Shown in pieces: positions 1 to 8,073 of a stretch of 29,349 bases of DNA. Under the pieces are notes generated by a model that saw nothing but the letters and a program-made list of their open reading frames with translations, was not told the DNA's origin and ran no database searches. The position numbers and the translations under genes were made by a program. How positions within the stretch are numbered: the stretch's first letter is position 1; each line of letters begins with the position of its first letter. Source of the DNA: a virus (lineage: Duplodnaviria; Caudoviricetes); the IMG/VR virus record IMGVR_UViG_3300037519_000009, positions 1 through 29,349 of that record. The stretch is one strand, 5' to 3'.

Positions 1-152
1 CCTTTACCTGCGGCTTAACGTAGGAATTTAAGGCCATAAATCGTATGTTGCTCATATAATTACGAACGTATTATCTCCTGCGGTTTCTTGGTCGTACACC
101 CCGGCATTCACGGTGAACTTCTCGAAGTTTGTTTGGTCGGTGCAGAATACCC
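1..152. repeat. Terminal direct repeat, copy 1 (circular assembly overlap)
   Basis: 1-152 matches 29198-29349 except at positions 127 (G vs A) and 130 (T vs G). Confidence 0.97.
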
Positions 153-387
153 GGCCACGATAAATCAAATTTACACCACTAAACACCTCCAATAGGTAAA
201 AGTTTTGTGCCTTCAAAGTCCAAGCAGCATTCAAGGTCATATACCCGTTTGCGCTTGTAGGTGCGATTGTTTGCGTTTGGGTGGTATTGGTAGATTCATT
301 CGTTAACCGTGCTGATACAGAAGCAGGAAACGAGCGAGGAATGATTTGCAAATTTTGCGCTGTTGCGCTTGTAGTTAAAATGTTCAT
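52..387 (-). CDS. Putative virion structural protein (111 aa); directly precedes the portal gene across the circular junction
   Basis: Start revised to ATG 387 (MNILTT...) because the ORF-track start at 435 lies in a terminator. T/A/N-rich beta-type composition. Its stop overlaps the portal ATG (ATGA). Confidence 0.75.
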   Translation of the reverse strand: MNILTTSATAQNLQIIPRSFPASVSARLTNESTNTTQTQTIAPTSANGYMTLNAAWTLKAQNFYLLEVFSGVNLIYRGRVFCTDQTNFEKFTVNAGVYDQETAGDNTFVII

Positions 388-392
388 CTTAC

Positions 393-418
393 AAATAACT
401 CGTTTGTTGCTTTTTGTT
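393..418 (-). promoter_or_regulatory. Putative late (phage sigma) promoter AAC-N16-GTTATTT, 5 nt before ATG 387
   Basis: Minus strand AAAAC...GAGTTATTT GTAAG ATG; same geometry as upstream of the scaffold gene. Confidence 0.45.
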
Positions 419-424
419 TTAATT

Positions 425-448
425 AAAAAAGCCACCCCGAAGGATGGC
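425..448 (-). terminator. Rho-independent terminator, cUUCGg loop
   Basis: Minus strand GCCATCC-TTCG-GGGTGGC-TTTTTT. Confidence 0.85.
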
Positions 449-497
449 TCTCTTAAATTCGCATTAAAACAACTAATAGATAGATTGTTTGCTCATT

Positions 498-842
498 TTA
501 TTGTCCTCCGTACATTTTACGCATACCATTGATAACTTGACTCAAACGCTGAATCAATTTAATGGAATCGCCCATATCTGGGATTTGGTTATAGTCAGTA
601 ATGCCAAGTTGCTTTGCGTCTGCAATAGTAAAAGACAAATCGCTATCGATTGCATCTACTCTTGCTTCTGCTGATTTTATCGCCTGCAAAAACTTCTGCT
701 GCGCTGAATTGATGGTACTCTCCATAGAGCGGAGTTCGTCATCAATCTTCTTCAATGAAACCAATGCTTGTGCTGGTTTGATTGCTGCTAATTCGACCTT
801 CCGGGATTCCATCCCATTCATAATCTTCAACGCATTTTCCAT
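498..842 (-). CDS. Alpha-helical hypothetical protein with its own promoter and terminator (moron-like or internal head protein)
   Basis: 114-aa coiled-coil-like ORF flanked by TATCTTTG (847-854) and a terminator (425-448). Confidence 0.75.
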   Translation of the reverse strand: MENALKIMNGMESRKVELAAIKPAQALVSLKKIDDELRSMESTINSAQQKFLQAIKSAEARVDAIDSDLSFTIADAKQLGITDYNQIPDMGDSIKLIQRLSQVINGMRKMYGGQ

Positions 843-846
843 TTGT

Positions 847-854
847 CAAAGATA
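847..854 (-). promoter_or_regulatory. Bacteroidota-type -7 promoter element TAnnTTTG (leaderless)
   Basis: TATCTTTG ACAA ATG(842). Confidence 0.65.
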
Positions 855-856
855 TA

Positions 857-1390
857 TTAAAAATCTGAACCAGAAACGATAGTAGAAATTCCAGCAGCAG
901 CCAAAGTGCTGTCCAAGAAGTTAGCAGGAACCTGCTCTTGTCCGTTCAGCGTCAAGGTGTAACCAGAAAGGTCTCCCATAGCAGCACCGGTTACAATCGT
1001 ACCTCCAGTTACTTCGCAACCGTTTTCCAATCCAGCAACAAAGAAGTTACCATTGTAGTCCTCAACAATTACAATTGGACGCCCGTAAGCCATCAATTTG
1101 ATTTCCTTGTTAGACTGCTTGCTCAATTTGTGCAAGGTCAAGTTCAAGTTCTGGTCAAAAAACGTGGTTCCGGTATCACGGCTTGAGGTTACGGTTTGCT
1201 CAAAAGAAGAGCTACCCTTCAAGTCGTATTTGTAAGCCGTCAAACCGCTACCCAAAACGTCGATAGCGTCCGTGTTGGTTACGTCGTATGTAACCGTTAA
1301 TTCCTGATAGTTCAGAAAGTAAACAGCCGTGATTCCACCTACAACGTCCTTGCAGGGTTCGATACGGCCAAGGGATAATGCACAAGCCAT
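857..1390 (-). CDS. Probable major tail (tube) protein
   Basis: 177 aa, follows the MCP. Motifs CKDVVGGI, GTTFFDQNLNLTL and GDLSGYTLTL are typical of Bacteroidota siphovirus tube-like proteins. Confidence 0.65.
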   Translation of the reverse strand: MACALSLGRIEPCKDVVGGITAVYFLNYQELTVTYDVTNTDAIDVLGSGLTAYKYDLKGSSSFEQTVTSSRDTGTTFFDQNLNLTLHKLSKQSNKEIKLMAYGRPIVIVEDYNGNFFVAGLENGCEVTGGTIVTGAAMGDLSGYTLTLNGQEQVPANFLDSTLAAAGISTIVSGSDF

Positions 1391-1411
1391 TTTATTTATA
1401 TTTAGTAAGTT

Positions 1412-1453
1412 AAAAAAGAAAGGGGTGGGGCGTTATTACACCACCACCCCCTT
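1412..1453 (-). terminator. Terminator/attenuator after the major capsid gene
   Basis: Minus strand AAGGGGGTGG...CCACCCCTT followed by TCTTTTTT. Confidence 0.75.
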
Positions 1454-1472
1454 CAATGAAATTTAAGAATGA

Positions 1473-2402
1473 TTAAGCTCCGTAGTAAACGATGTCGCTA
1501 CCGATACCGTATTGGATACCAGCGCTCATACGCATAATCAAGCGGAAATTTTGACTTCCGTCAATGTCCGACATATCAATCAGGCGAACCTCGTTCTTGT
1601 CGCTCAACAAGCCAGTTCCAAAGAACAAGTTTGACTTCTGTGCAGCCACCATTTTGTTAGAAGTCAAACCTTCAGCCAAGGCAACTTTGATACCGTCGAA
1701 GTACAAGTCCTGAGAACCGTACCACATAGTTCCTTTGTTGTCAACACCGTTAGCACCTACTCCAGCAGCAGCGAAGCCACCCAAAGCACGAACGTATGCC
1801 TTAGCAACGTTTTGAGGAACGTAGATAGTCAAATCTTGCTTGCCGTACAAGGTAGATGGGATAGCGTCTACAACCTTACCCAATTCAGCGATTACGTTAG
1901 CAGCGGTAACAGTCGTAGCAGTTACGTCGATAACGTCACCATCAGCAGCAAACAAAGTTTGGAAACCGTCGAACTGGCCAGCAGAAGCGTTAACACCCGC
2001 CCAAATGTTTTGCTCGATACGAGCAGCAACCTTCTCGGCAGCGTAAGCAACGATAAAGTCAGTAAAAGAGGCGGGTACATTCTTGAATGCAGAGTAACCC
2101 ATCTCAACGGCTTGCCAAGTTTGTTCAAAGTCCTTTTTGCACATTTGCAAGTTAACTTGAAACTCCTCGGTCGTTAAAACACGCTCGGTCAAAGTAACGG
2201 TAGACGTAGGGTCGAAGTCGCAAGTAGCGTTCTTCAAGATATCGTCAGTACCGACCTTTTGGATAACGGATTTGTAATACACGTTGGGCATTACCTCGAT
2301 AAGACCTTTGTCCAAGGTCGGTGCGCTCAAAAGAGCGGCGGCAACGTATTTACCGGCAAACTCGCCAGCATACGTAGTAGTGATTGAAGTGGTCGTAGCC
2401 AT
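1473..2402 (-). CDS. Major capsid protein (HK97-fold, inferred)
   Basis: 309 aa, follows protease and scaffold, followed by a strong hairpin. N-terminus TTYAGEFAGKYVAAALLS and central IWAG...GQFDG are typical of flavobacterial phage MCPs. Confidence 0.85.
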   Translation of the reverse strand: MATTTSITTTYAGEFAGKYVAAALLSAPTLDKGLIEVMPNVYYKSVIQKVGTDDILKNATCDFDPTSTVTLTERVLTTEEFQVNLQMCKKDFEQTWQAVEMGYSAFKNVPASFTDFIVAYAAEKVAARIEQNIWAGVNASAGQFDGFQTLFAADGDVIDVTATTVTAANVIAELGKVVDAIPSTLYGKQDLTIYVPQNVAKAYVRALGGFAAAGVGANGVDNKGTMWYGSQDLYFDGIKVALAEGLTSNKMVAAQKSNLFFGTGLLSDKNEVRLIDMSDIDGSQNFRLIMRMSAGIQYGIGSDIVYYGA

Positions 2403-2415
2403 TTTTTAATTGATT

Positions 2416-2973
2416 TTATTTGTTAAGACGTGCGAGAACTCGGTCGATAGAAGTTTCCGCTGCGTTCTGTGCGAGGTTAACTCGTGCAGGAGCAGGGGCT
2501 GCTTCTGGGTTGTGGCGGATGGGCATAGCGGCAGGCATATCCGAGGACATTTCCTGCTTCTTTTTGTACGCTCCCATTTCCTCCTTAATTGCGGACATTT
2601 CTGCACGCATCTCCTCAATGAGTGGCATAACCATCTCCTTGATTTTCTCCTCCATAGTTGGCTCGATAGCTGCTTCAACCTCGATTTCAACTGATGGGGC
2701 TTCTTCTTCTACCTCGGCTGCTGCTTCTTTGATTTCACCGATAACACCTTCTTCGGCTACAACCAAGATGCGGCCATCTTCCATTTGATATTCACCGACT
2801 GGGACTGCGATACGGTCTTCCTCTGATACGATGAAAATGGGTTGGCCTGCCTCAAATGATTCAGCTTCCAAGACGGTGCCGTTATCGAGCTTGGCTTGCG
2901 CCAACTCAACCTCGGAGGTCTCAACTGCGGACAGTTCGGCAAAGAATTTCTGGAAAATTTCTGTTGCTTTCAT
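2416..2973 (-). CDS. Capsid scaffolding protein
   Basis: Very acidic 185-aa protein between protease and MCP; motifs LDNGTVLEAESFEAG and PVGEYQMEDG; C-terminal helix. Confidence 0.75.
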   Translation of the reverse strand: MKATEIFQKFFAELSAVETSEVELAQAKLDNGTVLEAESFEAGQPIFIVSEEDRIAVPVGEYQMEDGRILVVAEEGVIGEIKEAAAEVEEEAPSVEIEVEAAIEPTMEEKIKEMVMPLIEEMRAEMSAIKEEMGAYKKKQEMSSDMPAAMPIRHNPEAAPAPARVNLAQNAAETSIDRVLARLNK

Positions 2974-2978
2974 ATTGG

Positions 2979-3004
2979 AAATAATTGATTAGTTATTGAT
3001 TGTT
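2979..3004 (-). promoter_or_regulatory. Putative late promoter AAC-N16-ATTATTT, 5 nt before the scaffold ATG
   Basis: Minus strand TGTAAC...CAATTATTT CCAAT ATG(2973). Confidence 0.45.
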
Positions 3005-3010
3005 ACATTT

Positions 3011-3151
3011 TTATACGGGAACCTTCACGGTAACGCCTACGCCTTGTGCTTGAAGGGAGCCATCGCAGCACTTTTTGGAATAGGTGTTATTCTTGCACAA
3101 GCAGCCACGCTTGTCTCCTTTGGGGGAGGAACGGCTTGGGGTCTGTTTCAT
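3011..3151 (-). CDS. Small Cys-rich protein, 46 aa (not in ORF track)
   Basis: MKQTPSRSSPKGDKRGCLCKNNTYSKKCCDGSLQAQGVGVTVKVPV*; its ATG overlaps the protease stop (ATGA) and it fills the gap. Confidence 0.75.
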   Translation of the reverse strand: MKQTPSRSSPKGDKRGCLCKNNTYSKKCCDGSLQAQGVGVTVKVPV

Positions 3152-4083
3152 AGTTTGCCTAATTCTTTTAGTTTAGATTCTGCCCAACGCTTTGCGGCTA
3201 ACCCGCCCCATAGCAGGAAGGAAATAGTACCGCACGCCTGCATATCGTTTTCGTCGTAGTATGCCTCGGCACGGGATAGGTACGAGTACATACGGGTAAT
3301 GGTCTCTACGCTGATAGGCCGTCCGTCTGCGAGTTGTTGCGCTCGAATCTTGCCAACTGCCGTAGCGCATTTGTTACCGCCTTTCTCGTTTAGTTCGATT
3401 CCTCGCTTAGCATTGTTGCGTACCGCTTCTGGGTAGTCCGTGTAGGATTCCATCTCGATTCGCTTCTTGCTCTTTAAGCGGCCATCCTTTTTAATCTTGG
3501 CGATAATGTTGGAAAGCATAAATTCCGCTTCCTCCTCTTCGATGCGTTCAAGGTGGGATTCCATTTGCATCTTATCCACAAAGTAGCCCTCAATAGAAAA
3601 GCCCTTAACCCGTCCCGTCTTAACGTAGTTATTCCAGATGTCGTCGTTGTTGACTTTCATTGAAACCATCCAGGTACCTTCGGGCAATTCCATTCCGTAG
3701 ATAGCCGTCTTGTCTTTTTGTGGGTCTTCCACAATCCAAGATTCTACCACGGACAAACCGCTTAACTCTGCGGCGTGTTCGAGTGTGGTGTTACCTTGAT
3801 AGCCACGCATTAAGAATAGCTCCGAAGCCCTGCGTACCGTATCCTTGGAAAAGTACACGTAAAACTCCTCACCGCCTTGGTTGCGGTAAATTGTTTTGTT
3901 TGGAATAAGGGCTGCGCCCATAAGGATACGTTTCTCCTCGTCTTGCGCTTTGAACTCTACCTCGTACTCCTTTGCAAGGGTAATAAAGTTCTCCTCAATC
4001 GCTGGGTGTTCAACGATAGATATTGCATTGATGCCGTTTAGTCCTTCGGTTTCCTCAAGGACAAGTTCAATTACTTTTTTCAT
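3148..4083 (-). CDS. XkdF-like prohead serine protease with a C-terminal accessory domain
   Basis: Motifs ILMGAALIPNK, TLEH, VVESWIVED, GTWMVSMKV and GRVKGFSIEG; lies upstream of scaffold and MCP. Confidence 0.85.
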   Translation of the reverse strand: MKKVIELVLEETEGLNGINAISIVEHPAIEENFITLAKEYEVEFKAQDEEKRILMGAALIPNKTIYRNQGGEEFYVYFSKDTVRRASELFLMRGYQGNTTLEHAAELSGLSVVESWIVEDPQKDKTAIYGMELPEGTWMVSMKVNNDDIWNNYVKTGRVKGFSIEGYFVDKMQMESHLERIEEEEAEFMLSNIIAKIKKDGRLKSKKRIEMESYTDYPEAVRNNAKRGIELNEKGGNKCATAVGKIRAQQLADGRPISVETITRMYSYLSRAEAYYDENDMQACGTISFLLWGGLAAKRWAESKLKELGKL

Positions 4084-5924
4084 TATCCGAATGTTGCTGT
4101 TCTTGCTCGTCTACGTGCCAATTGTTGTGCGTTGGTAACTTGTCCAGCTACCACGTATGCTTGGATGGGTTGCTGATTGCGCCCGTTTACACTTGCGGCT
4201 AATTGGTTTATTCCACCTTGGCCTACCACGTTAAATTGCGGAGACATTGAACCACCAGCGGAACTCATATCCGGTGCGCTCGTATCCGGGGTCGGTGATT
4301 CGGATGCACTAAACTTTGTAGCTGCAATCTTTGCTACGTTAGCAGCACCAATAACACCCGCTGCAACGGCGTTAGCAACCCGTACTGGGAACGGCAATAA
4401 GCCATCTGCACCCTTGGCACCTAACGCACCCACAACGGCGGTATAAGTAGCCATTGTAGCATCTGCAATTTGTAACGCTTTGTTAAGCTGGAATGCCTTA
4501 CGTTGACGTGCTTCGTTGCCCCCTGCAAACAATTCGGAAATAGAAGTAAGCGCTGATATAGACTGCTGCGCTAAATTCATATAGGCATCGTTAACCATCT
4601 TGCGGTCTTCAATATCCTTTTGGTTAAGGTCTTTTTTAATCTTCGCCGTTTCAATAGCGGAGTTCTGCTCAACCTCAGCACGCTGGTTAATCAGTTCATT
4701 GTAACGGGCGGTTCCTTCTTTTGTTAATGCTAACTCGTCTTCGATAGCGGCAATACGTGCCGTCTTTAAGATTTGAATGTTTTGCAGTTGTACGTTCAAA
4801 CGGTCACGCTCGGAGTTAATCAATTCCGCATCAAGGTTCAACTGCGCTTCCAGTCGGGCGATATACGCCTCCGTATTTGTACGTTCAATATCCTTTTCCT
4901 CACGTAGCAACGAGATGTAATTCATTTTTTGCTCGGAGCGCTGACCTTCCAAACGCTCGCCAAGGTCTGTAAGTTCCAAGTTGGCCTGTGCCAATGCTAC
5001 GGCGTTCTCCGTGGTCTTGTTAATGTTGTATTGCGCTTGGGCAAAGGTAATCTTCTTTTGAATCTGCTCTGCTTCCAAGGTGTATTGATTTTCAAGAATC
5101 TTGCCCAATTCCTCGTTGGCCTTAATCCTATCCTCAATAGACGCAAACTCATCGTCCCGTGCCTGGCGTTGCAATTCCGCCAACCGCTGTTGCTCTAACT
5201 GAATTTTTTGTCGTTTAACGTCTGCAAGTGCTGCGGCCTTTTCAAGTGCTGTAAGCTTTTGGCCTTCCTTGATTGCCTCCTTAACTCTTTTAGATACACG
5301 CTCTGCGGCTTTTTCAATTATTTCAAGCCCACCTTCCTCTACGCCTACAACGCCGTCCACAACCTCGCTAAACGCTTCCTTGGCTTGCTTGGATGCCTTT
5401 GCGAAGTCCCCCTTGAAGAACGATACAATAGCACCACCAAGTTCCCCAATAGCGTTACCCATTTGCTTAAATAGGTTAATGCCGTATTCATATACCAATG
5501 CGCCAAAGTCCTTAATTGCTTGTACCGGGTCGGTAAATAAGGAATCCAACGCTTTTTCTACAACCGGGAATACTACCTCCGCCAATTCGGAGAATAGAAT
5601 CTTGATTGTATTGATGCTCGTGTTAAAAAAGTCAACAACCTTTTGGTTTGAAGTAAATACATCTAAAATGGTATCACCGACGGCGGTAACAATCGCAAGC
5701 CCTTTAATTGAACTCACAAGGCGTCCTATTGCCCCGGTGGTTTTGCCCGTTTGCTTCTCGACGTTCTTAACGCCTTTGGCCATAGATTCAAACCCCTGCT
5801 TGGATTCCGTTTGTACGGTTCCGAGGGTATCTGCTAATTTTTCAACGGTGGCGTTAAGTTTTTCAAGAGTTGCCTCTAACCCCGAACCATCCCCTTGAAT
5901 CTTTACTGTTTCAACGACCGCCAT
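4083..5924 (-). CDS. Tape measure protein (613 aa)
   Basis: Long helical/coiled-coil Ala-rich protein with hydrophobic segments; ends PQFNVVG...QAYVVAGQVTNAQQL...ATFG. Confidence 0.8.
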   Translation of the reverse strand: MAVVETVKIQGDGSGLEATLEKLNATVEKLADTLGTVQTESKQGFESMAKGVKNVEKQTGKTTGAIGRLVSSIKGLAIVTAVGDTILDVFTSNQKVVDFFNTSINTIKILFSELAEVVFPVVEKALDSLFTDPVQAIKDFGALVYEYGINLFKQMGNAIGELGGAIVSFFKGDFAKASKQAKEAFSEVVDGVVGVEEGGLEIIEKAAERVSKRVKEAIKEGQKLTALEKAAALADVKRQKIQLEQQRLAELQRQARDDEFASIEDRIKANEELGKILENQYTLEAEQIQKKITFAQAQYNINKTTENAVALAQANLELTDLGERLEGQRSEQKMNYISLLREEKDIERTNTEAYIARLEAQLNLDAELINSERDRLNVQLQNIQILKTARIAAIEDELALTKEGTARYNELINQRAEVEQNSAIETAKIKKDLNQKDIEDRKMVNDAYMNLAQQSISALTSISELFAGGNEARQRKAFQLNKALQIADATMATYTAVVGALGAKGADGLLPFPVRVANAVAAGVIGAANVAKIAATKFSASESPTPDTSAPDMSSAGGSMSPQFNVVGQGGINQLAASVNGRNQQPIQAYVVAGQVTNAQQLARRRARTATFG

Positions 5925-6052
5925 TTACGATAATTTGCATTTTTACCACCTATCTTGTACATACCCTTAGCAATATCAATCTCCGGCGATACGCCGAAGT
6001 AAGTGTCGCTATTCAGCAGTGCAATCAAATAACTCAAATAAGATTCCCTCAT
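5903..6052 (-). CDS. Small hypothetical protein, 49 aa (not in ORF track)
   Basis: MRESYLSYLIALLNSDTYFGVSPEIDIAKGMYKIGGKNANYRKWRSLKQ*; ATGA-coupled to the upstream tail gene and fills the gap before the TMP. Confidence 0.7.
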   Translation of the reverse strand: MRESYLSYLIALLNSDTYFGVSPEIDIAKGMYKIGGKNANYRKWRSLKQ

Positions 6053-8073
6053 ACATCATTTAATAGTTCAAACTCTGCCTTGCCCGTGGTAAGGTTAATC
6101 TGCACGTTGTTTACAATCCACTTCTCGCCATTCCAAATTAACTTGTTTTTTAGGTCGAAGTTTAGAATCTTGCCCAGAGGCAATATAGCAGGAATGCGTA
6201 CTAATCTACGGGAAGGGTCGTACAAGTCCGTAACATAATCACTCCAATAAGTATTGTAGAGCGAATTGTTTACTGATTCAAAAAACCACGGGTCGAGGTC
6301 GGCTCCGTAGTTTAACGAATAGGTTAATGCGGTGTTTGTATTTTTATTGGATGCGTTTGCGTACACAACCGTTGTAACGGATACGGCGTCGTGGCCGGTA
6401 ATCGTATTGGTTGGGTCAATAAACGATAATGTTGCAGGGCTAAGAGTTACCGGGGTTGCTACATAGAATAAAAATGGTTGCCCTAAATACGTTTCCAGCT
6501 CACGGGTTACTGCGTATCCTGCTAACAACTTTGTTAACGCTCCTCCATCTTGGTCGGTTAACCGGGTGAAAAGCATCTGGTCGAATTGCGGTTGCACCGT
6601 CAACTCCTCGTCCGTATCGAATACAAACTCCGAGCGCAAATCGCCATAACCAACGTCGTTAGTTAGTCGGTATTCCTCTCCGGTAATTGCGCCGGTCTCG
6701 TTGTATTGGAATTGAATCTGCTTGTAAAGTTCGGGACGCTCTACTTGGCTTTCTGTAATATCAAAGTATTGGGATAGGTCAACATCGGTACCCGTGCCAT
6801 ACCAATCGCTCAACGGCTTCAAATCAAACTCCGTACTGCTCGTTGGAATAATTACCAAGTTAAACATTTTGCATAGCGAAGCCAAGAAGTCGGTAATCTT
6901 TTGCTCTGGCATCAAAGAAGGTATATCAATAATACCAATAGCTGATTGTGCTCCGGGGTTATATGCTGAAACATATTGCGTGTTTGGCGAAAAAGATAAT
7001 TGTATCGCCACTTCGTCAACTGTGCAGGTGGTCGTTTCGTTGGTGGATTGCTTAAAAGCAAAATACACAACCGAATTGTTAGTTACCGGTATTTGTGAGA
7101 ATGCTAAAACAGCACTTACGTTTTCGACTTGCTGCGCCACCAATACATCGTCAACGAAAACGCCCACCGTGTAATCATTAGCATAAGCCCCAACGTCTAT
7201 CGAAATAGTCATATCGTAAACATTCCCGGAACCAGTTATTCCTTGTGGGGTAAACGTGCTATTTCCATAATTCCACCAATCAGTTGCAATTACAGCATAC
7301 GGGGTCGGGGCTATTAACGACACCCACCGCATAGCATTCGGAATATCCTTATACATATATCCAGCCCGGCGGTGGCACCACATATACAAGTTCTCATAAT
7401 CCTCAATACCGCTTACGTTAAGCGTAATGCCGTACTTTGTTTCTATCGCTGCAACTATTGCGTCAATAGTAATGGCGGGCTTCAAGTCGTAGTATTGAAC
7501 TCCGTGTTGTTGGTTTTGATTATGCCAATAAATGTTGTTCGGGTCATTATTGGTATTATCACTTTCGTAGAACCAAACGTCCTGCGCCGTGATTAACGGA
7601 AATACAATCGGATATAACGTGCGGCCACGCAAGCCCGTATAAACATTGTTCGGGGTGTAATCTAAATTGTAATCGGAAAGTGATGCAAGGTCGTATAAAT
7701 AATCCTCACCGAACAAGTCCGTAAGGTTCACCAACAGCCCGTAGAACGTAACGTCGTAAGCGTAGGGCGCATTTTGACGCATCTGTACACCTTCCAGTTC
7801 AATCGACCCGTAACGGAACACCAAGCCGTTAATTTCAATATATCCCTCGGCACGCAATCGGTAGTCAGCACCACCCACAATATCCGTCCGGTAGTAATGG
7901 GAGAATATGGCGTTGTTCCTTGGTGAAGCTGGAACGCTGAAGCCCTGACTGAAGTCCGTAAAGACCTTGCTTATGTCTTGAATGTTTTGTACGGAAAGGT
8001 TAATTACAATATCCTCATCCCCGAACATATCAAGTTCCTCGTCCCCTACAAATAGCGTTACCTTATTTTTCAT
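6049..8073 (-). CDS. Tail tip / baseplate hub-like protein (674 aa)
   Basis: N-terminus LDMFGDE...NIQDISKVFTDFSQGFSVPAS and C-terminus INLTTGKAEFELLN; located in the tail module. Confidence 0.7.
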   Translation of the reverse strand: MKNKVTLFVGDEELDMFGDEDIVINLSVQNIQDISKVFTDFSQGFSVPASPRNNAIFSHYYRTDIVGGADYRLRAEGYIEINGLVFRYGSIELEGVQMRQNAPYAYDVTFYGLLVNLTDLFGEDYLYDLASLSDYNLDYTPNNVYTGLRGRTLYPIVFPLITAQDVWFYESDNTNNDPNNIYWHNQNQQHGVQYYDLKPAITIDAIVAAIETKYGITLNVSGIEDYENLYMWCHRRAGYMYKDIPNAMRWVSLIAPTPYAVIATDWWNYGNSTFTPQGITGSGNVYDMTISIDVGAYANDYTVGVFVDDVLVAQQVENVSAVLAFSQIPVTNNSVVYFAFKQSTNETTTCTVDEVAIQLSFSPNTQYVSAYNPGAQSAIGIIDIPSLMPEQKITDFLASLCKMFNLVIIPTSSTEFDLKPLSDWYGTGTDVDLSQYFDITESQVERPELYKQIQFQYNETGAITGEEYRLTNDVGYGDLRSEFVFDTDEELTVQPQFDQMLFTRLTDQDGGALTKLLAGYAVTRELETYLGQPFLFYVATPVTLSPATLSFIDPTNTITGHDAVSVTTVVYANASNKNTNTALTYSLNYGADLDPWFFESVNNSLYNTYWSDYVTDLYDPSRRLVRIPAILPLGKILNFDLKNKLIWNGEKWIVNNVQINLTTGKAEFELLNDV

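Noticed and set aside
6026-6035. GAGTTATTTG copy as another late promoter
   Set aside because: It lies inside the 49-aa ORF, lacks the upstream AAC spacing and has no ATG 4-5 nt downstream. It cannot be supported, although a leadered TMP promoter is not excluded.
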